From the NCBI GenBank assembly GCA_037447435.1, contig JBBIGR010000002.1, positions 160,001 to 224,000 on the forward strand: a stretch of 64,000 nt of DNA, written 5' to 3'. Both the position numbers and the translations under genes were made by a program. Position 1 is the first letter of the stretch. Each line of letters begins with the position of its first letter. Positions 1-7,869 of this stretch are shown in pieces. The notes below the pieces were generated by a model. It was given only the letters and a program-made list of their open reading frames with translations, ran no database searches and was not told the origin of the DNA. The stretch comes from Fibrobacteria bacterium (GTDB lineage: Bacteria; Fibrobacterota; Chitinivibrionia; Chitinivibrionales; FEN-1185).

Positions 1-1984
1 AGGCTCCTGGGGATCGACGGCATTTCCCAAAGCAGCTCATTATTATGTCATGCCAGGAATTTTATATTGTGCCAAGGTGCTCCAGCAGAGCGCTTTGACA
101 AAAGATAGATTTGAAATTTCCTATCGTTTTTTCAACAGCGCGGTGCAATCGCAAACGGAAATCCTTTCCGACATTCTCGCAAGCGATGTCGACTGCATAG
201 GGTTTTCGGTATACTGCTGGAACGTTTCATGGTCTCTGTCCTTAATCCGCAACATTAAAGAAAATTCGCCCTCAAAACTAATCGTTGCGGGCGGTCCCGA
301 ATTATGCATGAAAAACAGTGATGAATGCGGACTATTTTTTAAAAACAACCCCGGCCTCGACATGCTTGTTTTCGGAGAATCCGAGTCAAAGCTTCCAGAA
401 CTTATGGTCGCGTTGTTCGACAACACTCCGTTGTCGCCGCACATTACGGGCTTCGCGTTTTCCCGGGATTTTGGTGCGAGCGGAGAATTTACCAAAGGAT
501 ATACCCTAATAACCGACGACATTCCGACTATCTACCCTTTTGCGCTTGAGGTCAAACGATCTGCATCATGCGGTATCGCCGTGGTGTACGAAACGGGTCG
601 CGGATGCCCGTACAAATGCATTTATTGCCAATTCAGCCATCGCAACCACAAGCCGTACCGATACGACGTTACCAGGGTCGAGCGTGAATTGGAATGGCTT
701 TTCGAGGAGAATTTCGAATGCATACATTTTGCCGATGCCGTGTTTGATCTTGACATTTCGTATGCTAAAACCATTTTAAACATATGCAAAAAGCATAACC
801 GGGCGACATCGTTATTCTTTTATTGCTCGTTTTACAAGATGGACGAAGAGCTTGCAGCGTTATTTTGCGAGTCCCAAGCGCAAATATGCGTCGGAATTCA
901 ATCGACCAACAAGGATGTTCTTTCTAAAATCAATAGGGCACTGAGCCCGCGCCTGTTTCATGACATAAAGGATACTCTTTTAAAATATCCTATCAATTTC
1001 TATGTCGACCTTATTTTCGGGTTACCGCACGATACGCTCAAGTCCTTTACAAAGTCCCTATCCGACACTTTAAAACTTGCGCCCAGTTTCATCATGGTAT
1101 TTCCGCTCACGCTGATAAAAGGAACCCCGCTGGATACCAATGCCGATGCGTATGGAATAAAAGTGCATTCCCCGCAATCCATAAACTCCTTGGACCTCAT
1201 GTGCGACATCGAGTATAAAAACATCGCTTTGTATAAAGACTTCCTTATTGATGACCTCATCGAATTCGACGATATCGCCTTGGCTCTTTTTTATTTTTAT
1301 TCCCGTTTCAGGCTCAGCCTCAGTTATTTGGAAAAACGATGTGGGGAAAATAACGGCTCCCTGTACCAGCGAATCGGGCAAAAAATCAAATCATTTTTAA
1401 AACAGCGAGGGATTGTCGCGACAAACACAAATTTCATCGAAGGGTTCGAAGACGAAATCAAATCCATCTTTTTCTTTGAAGCGAAACGTTGTGGGGCCAT
1501 GCAACGCGAACTACTTGCTTTTGAGGAAATTTTCAAACTGGACATTTACCGTATTCTCATGGTCTCGTCGCCGCAGCGCGAGAAGCTTTTCAAAACCGGT
1601 TTAAAAATGAGACAGGCCGCCGTTGCGAAGGAACTTCTTCCGGAAACGGCACTCATGCGAATTGCGCCGGGAAAAGCCGTTTCAATTCCATTTTCCTTTA
1701 ATGACCTTCTGTCGCTTTCTACCATCAAAGAGGAAATTCAAAATAAACCCGATATTGTTTACGTTTGTTCTCCTTTTTCCCGATGGGATGTTCTCATGAT
1801 GCCTCTATCGCCGTTGCAAAAGTTCTTGCTCGACACAATTCCGGTCGACAGGCCGGCAAAATTCAAGCAAATTCTACAATCCGCAAAGATCGGTTTTTAC
1901 AAAGCTTCCGGTATTGACCCTGATGAAAATTCTATATTTCAAAATGTCCGGATGCTTGCTTCCTTGGATATTATTTCCTTTTGA
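1..1984 (+). CDS. Cobalamin-binding radical SAM protein (probably 5'-truncated by the window edge)
   Basis: The frame is open from position 2. B12-binding-like N-domain (IGFSVYCWN, LIVAGGPE, VFGESE), ETGRGCPYKCIYC (CxxxCxxC), GIQST and DLIFGLP. Confidence 0.9.
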   Translation, partial: GSWGSTAFPKAAHYYVMPGILYCAKVLQQSALTKDRFEISYRFFNSAVQSQTEILSDILASDVDCIGFSVYCWNVSWSLSLIRNIKENSPSKLIVAGGPELCMKNSDECGLFFKNNPGLDMLVFGESESKLPELMVALFDNTPLSPHITGFAFSRDFGASGEFTKGYTLITDDIPTIYPFALEVKRSASCGIAVVYETGRGCPYKCIYCQFSHRNHKPYRYDVTRVERELEWLFEENFECIHFADAVFDLDISYAKTILNICKKHNRATSLFFYCSFYKMDEELAALFCESQAQICVGIQSTNKDVLSKINRALSPRLFHDIKDTLLKYPINFYVDLIFGLPHDTLKSFTKSLSDTLKLAPSFIMVFPLTLIKGTPLDTNADAYGIKVHSPQSINSLDLMCDIEYKNIALYKDFLIDDLIEFDDIALALFYFYSRFRLSLSYLEKRCGENNGSLYQRIGQKIKSFLKQRGIVATNTNFIEGFEDEIKSIFFFEAKRCGAMQRELLAFEEIFKLDIYRILMVSSPQREKLFKTGLKMRQAAVAKELLPETALMRIAPGKAVSIPFSFNDLLSLSTIKEEIQNKPDIVYVCSPFSRWDVLMMPLSPLQKFLLDTIPVDRPAKFKQILQSAKIGFYKASGIDPDENSIFQNVRMLASLDIISF

Positions 1985-2067
1985 GTTTTGATATTTTCGC
2001 TGTCGTCATGCATATTTAACCATTATTTTCCCAATACTCCTCACATCGAAAGTATTTGCATAAAAGT

Positions 2068-2946
2068 ATGTCGCTTTCAAGTCATCTTCAGTCAAAAGAA
2101 TTCATGCACTCGCTTCCCGATTTATCCTTAGAAAAACTCAAGGATCATATCCTGTCAAAAGGCCGTCAATGGTATGACTCCAATCCTTTGGAATCCGAAA
2201 CAATCAAGAAAAACTGCCTCGAATTCGGCTTAGATTGCGACGCACAAAGATTAAAGAATATCCAACATCATATTCTACTTCATTATTATGAAAAGCTTAT
2301 TCCGTTCACCATGACTCCGCATCGCTATGCCGAGTATTTAAAAACCAGAATGACCTTGGCAAACGAAATTTCGTTTATTAAAGAAAGTTTGTCACAAAAA
2401 AAAGGCGTGCTGTTGGCAGTATGCCATTTTGGTGCGGTGGAACTGATCGGTCCGCGTCTGGCCTGCGAAGGAATTCCCTTTACAGGAACTTTGAAATTCG
2501 CAACAGCAGGATTGTCCAATGCCGCAAAAAGCGCCGCGCAAAACCTTTCAAAAACCGGACTTTTTGCCGAAATACAATTCATAGAAGTTGGTTCGACAAC
2601 TTCCGCATCGCCGCTGGAAATGGCTGCCGTACTGAGGCGCGGCGAATTGCTTATGTCGGTTTTCGACGAATTGACCCGATACAGCACGGAAGTCACTTTG
2701 TTTGGTAAAAAGGTTTTGGGCGGCGCAGGCCTCCAAAAACTCGTATCGTTTATGCACGGCGAAATTACGGTCTGCATCGCATTTGCAGTGAGAAGGGAGA
2801 ACGAAACCTATACGCTGCACGTCGCGTCGCTCGATACTCGTGATAAATCGATAATTCAAACAATGTACCGGTCTTTTGAAACAATCACCGCAGGCCAATT
2901 GGATCAATGGTATTTTTTGCATGAAGGAATACCTTTTGTCAAATAA
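2068..2946 (+). CDS. Lipid A lauroyl-acyltransferase-like (LpxL/HtrB family) acyltransferase
   Basis: KKGVLLAVCHFGAVE resembles the HxGxWE motif; VTLFGK and C-terminal QWYFLH are also family-like. ATG at 2068 is preferred over TTG at 2056. Confidence 0.7.
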   Translation: MSLSSHLQSKEFMHSLPDLSLEKLKDHILSKGRQWYDSNPLESETIKKNCLEFGLDCDAQRLKNIQHHILLHYYEKLIPFTMTPHRYAEYLKTRMTLANEISFIKESLSQKKGVLLAVCHFGAVELIGPRLACEGIPFTGTLKFATAGLSNAAKSAAQNLSKTGLFAEIQFIEVGSTTSASPLEMAAVLRRGELLMSVFDELTRYSTEVTLFGKKVLGGAGLQKLVSFMHGEITVCIAFAVRRENETYTLHVASLDTRDKSIIQTMYRSFETITAGQLDQWYFLHEGIPFVK

Positions 2947-4354
2947 TTTCGACGTCGCAATTATCGGCTCCGGTATCGGAGGGCTTACGTGCGGCGCGAT
3001 CCTCGCGCAAAAGGGTTTGCGCGTTTGCGTGGCCGAAAAACATTTCCAAATCGGCGGATGCGCTCAGAGTTTTTCGCGCAAAGGCTTTACTTTTGATTCT
3101 TCGGTGCACTCGGCGCCCATGGCCGACGACGGTTTTATCTGCGGCATCTTGCATGACCTCGGCATTCGAAAAGATTTACGCATTATCCCTTATACGAATG
3201 CAATGCAAACGGTAACGCCTTCGGGGCTGTATTCGTATCCGCGGGGAATTGCGGAAATGCTTAATCGATTCGGAGCCGATTTTCCAAATGAAAAGGACTC
3301 CCTTGTTGCCCTTTTCAACGACACGGCAAATCGATTGTCGATTTACAAAGGTAAGTCTAAGGATATCGAAAAACCTTTGCCGCCATCATCAATGTCGTAT
3401 AGGGAATATATCGCTTCATTCATCCGCAATCCCCAATTGCAAGAAAAGTTTTTTACCATTTGGCCGTTCGGCGGCACATCTCCCTCTTTTGCGCCCCTTT
3501 TTAATGCGTTTATATTCTATGTCCACACCGTAGAGGGGTCTCATTATATCGAGGGTGGGTTTTCAAAACTCGCCGATGCTCTGGCGTCGGTTATCGTAAA
3601 CCGTAACGGTCAAATCAAAACGAATTGGGACGCACAATCGCTGACTATTTCCCACTCAAAAAGGGCTACGGCACTTGTAAATAGCAACAGCGAAACGATC
3701 CGGGCGAACGCCTTTGTTTCGAATATCAGTCCGTATCTTTTGCATACATCGGTTATCCCGGAGTCTTTTAGAAATAAATTGTGGCTATCCCGGCTCAATA
3801 ACCTTCGCCCTTCCCTTTCCGCTTTTTGCGTTTATTGCGGGCTTCAAGGCGATGCGGCGGAGTTCGTCCCGAACAATATTACGCTGTGGTTTGCACATGA
3901 CGACCACGACTCGATTTACAAAAGAATCCTTTCGGGTCCGCCCGATCAAATCGATCATTTGTTAATCATGCGTCCACCGGGCTTGTCGGAAAAAAGCACG
4001 CTTACCTTCATGTATTTTATACGGCACGACGCCTTCGAAAATTGGGCGGCGGCGAAAAACGCTCTGCGCGACGCCATAGTGTCGAAAGCAAAATCGCTTA
4101 TCGGCGATTTTGCCAAACAATTGGTAGTCTGCGAAACCGCAACGCCAAAAACCATAGAGCGGTATACCGGAAATACCAACGGTGCCTTGTACGGTTTCGA
4201 AAACATAAAGACTCTGTATGGTCAAACGAAATTGCCGTCGACAACGCATATCGCCAACGTGTATCAAACCGGTCATTGGACCAAATCGGGCAACGGAATG
4301 TACAATGTCATGGCAAGCGCCCAAGAAACCGCTTTTGCCGTTTTAAACTCATAG
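2936..4354 (+). CDS. FAD-dependent oxidoreductase, phytoene desaturase/CrtI-like family
   Basis: DVAIIGSGIGGL Rossmann motif, EKHFQIGGCAQSFSRKGFTFD, TPKTIERYTGNTNGALYG and NVYQTGHW. Start is uncertain (TTG 2936 after AAGGA, or ATG 2921). Confidence 0.88.
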   Translation: MSNNFDVAIIGSGIGGLTCGAILAQKGLRVCVAEKHFQIGGCAQSFSRKGFTFDSSVHSAPMADDGFICGILHDLGIRKDLRIIPYTNAMQTVTPSGLYSYPRGIAEMLNRFGADFPNEKDSLVALFNDTANRLSIYKGKSKDIEKPLPPSSMSYREYIASFIRNPQLQEKFFTIWPFGGTSPSFAPLFNAFIFYVHTVEGSHYIEGGFSKLADALASVIVNRNGQIKTNWDAQSLTISHSKRATALVNSNSETIRANAFVSNISPYLLHTSVIPESFRNKLWLSRLNNLRPSLSAFCVYCGLQGDAAEFVPNNITLWFAHDDHDSIYKRILSGPPDQIDHLLIMRPPGLSEKSTLTFMYFIRHDAFENWAAAKNALRDAIVSKAKSLIGDFAKQLVVCETATPKTIERYTGNTNGALYGFENIKTLYGQTKLPSTTHIANVYQTGHWTKSGNGMYNVMASAQETAFAVLNS

Positions 4355-4363
4355 AAACGACAC

Positions 4364-5653
4364 ATGAAAATAAGATTGATTTACCCGAAATTCAAAAAGT
4401 TCCTCGAGGACCATCGCGATCTGCGTAACTCGCTTTCGAATCACGTGATCGGCGATTATACCATGCCGCCGTCGCTTGCGTTGCCTATAATCGCGGCTTT
4501 GACCCCCAATGATATCGACGTGGCACTTACCGACGACAATATCGAAACAATCGATTTCGATGAAAAAGCCGATCTTGTTGCAATAAGCTGCTTTACGCCG
4601 CAAGCCGGGCGCGCATATGAAATTGCCGATGCATTTCGAAAACGCGGTACCAAAACCATTTTGGGCGGCATTCATCCAACAGCCATGCCCGATGAGGCAC
4701 TTTTACATGCCGATAGTGTGTGTATAGGCGAAGTCGAAGATCTTTGGGAAACGATTTTACAAGATGCAAAAACCAATTCTTTGAAACCTAAATACAGCGC
4801 ATCCCAGTATTCGGATATCGCCAAACACCCGATTCCAAAGCGCAAAATCTTCAATGAAAACAATTACCGTTGGAACGCGCACCTTGTCCAAGTTATGAGA
4901 GGGTGCCCGGCGCCCTGTGCTGGCTGTCCTGTTCCCTATATGGGCGGCACAATGTTCCGGCTTCGCCCCGTAGACAACATCGTTGCCGACATCCTCTCGA
5001 TGCCATACAAGGAATTCTATTTTACCGATGATACCGTGATGTTGCCCGGCAAAAAACCCATGAAATTTTTACTTTCCATAATGGAACGAACCAAGGAACT
5101 TTCCGACATTAACATATTTTTGGCTTCCACTATGATGATGGCGCCTGATCCGCAATTTTATAAAAAGCTAAAAGAGGGCGGCGTCGCTTCCATGTATACG
5201 GTTTTCGGCTTCGATCGCCTGTCGCAAACATTATTCGATAAAGATTGTTCCAAAGCCGACTGGCAGGCGGGAATCGACTTGGTGAGAATGATCGAAGATA
5301 GCGGCATTCATTTTTTCGGTTCGTTCGGAATCGGGTTCGATATTCAGGACGCCGGCGCTGCCGACAGGATTTTACAATTCACCCGTGACGCAAAAATCGA
5401 TTTGGCGGAATTCTATATTCCCACGCCGTTTCCCGGTACTAAATTCGGCAAACAAATTATTGAAGAGAACAGGCTCTTACACCGGAATTATTCTTTGTGG
5501 AACCATGCGAATGTCGTCTTCAAACCCAAGAATTTTTCGGAAGAGGAATTGTTGCAAAACTTTTTTTATATTTGGAAAGAATTCTTCAAGGACAAAAACC
5601 CGCGAAATACGGTTCGCAGTTTTACACTCAACGATAGCAAAACCGGAAAGTAG
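4364..5653 (+). CDS. Cobalamin-binding radical SAM protein
   Basis: PPSLALPIIAALTP, DLVAIS, LGGIHPT and IGEVE form the B12-binding domain; MRGCPAPCAGC is the CxxxCxxC motif; FTDD and PTPFPGT follow. Confidence 0.9.
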   Translation: MKIRLIYPKFKKFLEDHRDLRNSLSNHVIGDYTMPPSLALPIIAALTPNDIDVALTDDNIETIDFDEKADLVAISCFTPQAGRAYEIADAFRKRGTKTILGGIHPTAMPDEALLHADSVCIGEVEDLWETILQDAKTNSLKPKYSASQYSDIAKHPIPKRKIFNENNYRWNAHLVQVMRGCPAPCAGCPVPYMGGTMFRLRPVDNIVADILSMPYKEFYFTDDTVMLPGKKPMKFLLSIMERTKELSDINIFLASTMMMAPDPQFYKKLKEGGVASMYTVFGFDRLSQTLFDKDCSKADWQAGIDLVRMIEDSGIHFFGSFGIGFDIQDAGAADRILQFTRDAKIDLAEFYIPTPFPGTKFGKQIIEENRLLHRNYSLWNHANVVFKPKNFSEEELLQNFFYIWKEFFKDKNPRNTVRSFTLNDSKTGK

Positions 5654-5678
5654 TACCGTATTGTTTTTCATTATAAAT

Positions 5679-5704
5679 CAAGGGCGATTGATTAATCGCC
5701 CTTG
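5679..5704. terminator. Inverted repeat between convergent genes (REP-like hairpin or bidirectional terminator)
   Basis: CAAGGGCGATT-gatt-AATCGCCCTTG, a perfect 11-bp stem. Confidence 0.6.
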
Positions 5705-5723
5705 CGCAACGGCAAAAGGGTTT

Positions 5724-6944
5724 TTAGCTCTGCCTATATGTTTTCAAGAAATGACCGAGCCTGTTTACCGCCACGGTAATGTCTTCGACGCGCGGTAATA
5801 AAACGATACGGAAATGGTCGGGATGCGGCCAATTGAAGCCGGAACCATGCACGATGAGCACTTTCTCATCCCTTAAAAAATCAAACGCGAACGTTTCGTC
5901 ATTGGTGATATTGAATTTTTTAATGTCAAGTTTGGGGAATATGTAAAACGCGGCTTTCGGTTTTACAAAAGATATACCCGGAATTTCAGAAAGCGCATTG
6001 CAACAGGCTTCACGCTGCTGATATAATCTCCCGCCGGGCGCGATAAGGTCGTTAATGCTTTGATACCCTCCCAATGCCGTTTGGATAATCGATTGGGCGG
6101 GGACATTGCTGCACAGCCGCATCGAAGCAAGCATGGTAAGGCCTTCGATGAAATCTCCCGCATTGCGTTTGTCTCCCGAAACAACCATCCATCCCGATCG
6201 AAACCCTGCGATACGATAGGTTTTAGACAGCCCGCTCATGGTGACAAATAAAACGTCCTCGGCAAGAGAGGCGGTAGACACATGCTCGGCACCGTCATAA
6301 ACGATCTTGTCGTATATCTCATCCGAAAAAACGATAAGGTTATTCTGCCGGGCAATCTCGACGATTTGTTCCAGCAATTCGCGAGGATACAACGCGCCGG
6401 TCGGATTATTCGGATTAATAATGACAATTGCTTTGGTGTTTTTCGTAATTTTTTTCTTAATGTCGTCGATATCGGGAAACCAATTTGCCTGTTCATCGCA
6501 GATGTAATGCACCGGTTTGCCGCCGGCCAAATTGACAGCTGCAGTCCACAACGGATAATCCGGTGCGGGAATCAATATTTCACTGCCGTTGTTGCATAAC
6601 CCTTGCATAACCATGACAACCAACTCGCTGACGCCATTGCCGGTATAAATATCTTCTATGGTGACATTTGCAATTTTTTTCTGCTGATAATACTGCATGA
6701 TGGCCTTACGAGCGGAGAACAGTCCTTTTGAATCACTGTATCCCTGCGTCGTGGCCAAGTTGTGAATCATGTCATGAATTATCTCGTCGGGCGCCATGAG
6801 TCCGAACGGGGCCGGGTTGCCGATATTCAGTTTTATGATTTGGTAACCTTCTTCCTCTTCCATGCGTTTGGCTTCCTGCGGTACCGGTCCTCGAATATCG
6901 TACAGCACATTTTCAAGCTTGTTTGATTTCAGATATTTATCCAT
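5724..6944 (-). CDS. alaA: Alanine transaminase AlaA (class I/II PLP aminotransferase)
   Basis: VLYDIRGP, KLNIGNPAPFG, GYSDSKGLFSARKAI, SGLSKTYRIAGFRSGW and MRLCSNVPAQ. Confidence 0.93.
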   Translation of the reverse strand: MDKYLKSNKLENVLYDIRGPVPQEAKRMEEEEGYQIIKLNIGNPAPFGLMAPDEIIHDMIHNLATTQGYSDSKGLFSARKAIMQYYQQKKIANVTIEDIYTGNGVSELVVMVMQGLCNNGSEILIPAPDYPLWTAAVNLAGGKPVHYICDEQANWFPDIDDIKKKITKNTKAIVIINPNNPTGALYPRELLEQIVEIARQNNLIVFSDEIYDKIVYDGAEHVSTASLAEDVLFVTMSGLSKTYRIAGFRSGWMVVSGDKRNAGDFIEGLTMLASMRLCSNVPAQSIIQTALGGYQSINDLIAPGGRLYQQREACCNALSEIPGISFVKPKAAFYIFPKLDIKKFNITNDETFAFDFLRDEKVLIVHGSGFNWPHPDHFRIVLLPRVEDITVAVNRLGHFLKTYRQS

Positions 6945-7146
6945 GAGAATTTCCTTATTAAAGGTGATCTATGCTGTTTTGAAATATACATTATGATACG
7001 GTTTTCCAATTTTATAGGCTTTTTTCGTTGTAGACGCATTGTTTGGGCAATTCTTTTGGACACCTGCCGGAAAAGATTTATGCCCCTCAATCCGTAGTAT
7101 ACAGAGGCTATTTCTTTCTACAATTAATGGAAGAAGGTGTATTAAA

Positions 7147-7668
7147 ATGGCAAAAAATTACCAGACGATTTTTAATGCAGATCCGGGTAAACAGGAAATC
7201 TTTATTTCCCGTGAGTTTGATGCGCCAAGGGATATTGTTTTCAAAGCTTTCACGGATCCCAAACTTTTTGTCCAATGGCTGGGCCCAAGAGATCTATCCC
7301 TCAAACTTGAAAAATTCGAACCACGAAACGGAGGAATGTGGCGATATGTGCACACGGATAAAAACGGTAAAAATTTCGCATTTCACGGCGTATATCATGA
7401 AGTTTTGTCACCGGAGAGGATAATCCAGACTTTTGAATATGAAGGACTTTCCGAGGCGGGGCATGTTATTCTTGATATTGCTAAATTTGAAGCATTGCCC
7501 ACAGAAACGACCAAATTAACCGAGCAAAGCATTTACCTGACGGTTGCCGATCGAGACGGAATGATTCAAGCCGATATGTTCAGAGGCGTCAATGAAAGTT
7601 ATGAACGGCTTGACGAACTTTTACTACAGGAATTAAAAAAAATCCGTATGAAAGTTGAAATAACCTGA
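7147..7668 (+). CDS. SRPBCC/AHSA1-family protein
   Basis: EIFISREFDAPRDIVFKAFTDPKLFVQWLGP and FHGVYHEV..PERIIQTFEYEG. ATG at 7147 follows GAAGG. Confidence 0.88.
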   Translation: MAKNYQTIFNADPGKQEIFISREFDAPRDIVFKAFTDPKLFVQWLGPRDLSLKLEKFEPRNGGMWRYVHTDKNGKNFAFHGVYHEVLSPERIIQTFEYEGLSEAGHVILDIAKFEALPTETTKLTEQSIYLTVADRDGMIQADMFRGVNESYERLDELLLQELKKIRMKVEIT

Positions 7669-7869
7669 TCATTTGGAGTCTTTTAAGGAACGCTCCTGTT
7701 TCTTCCATATCAACATGCGAAGAGAGGGGAGCGTTCGCGTTAATTGCTTGCTTTCGCTTTTCAAAGACTCTCAACAATTTGCGCTTTTATCGTATAATCT
7801 CAGGTATATTTAACCTTCTATTCATAATGCTTTCTTCGGATTCGTCGTTCAACAATAAGGACTTAGTAA

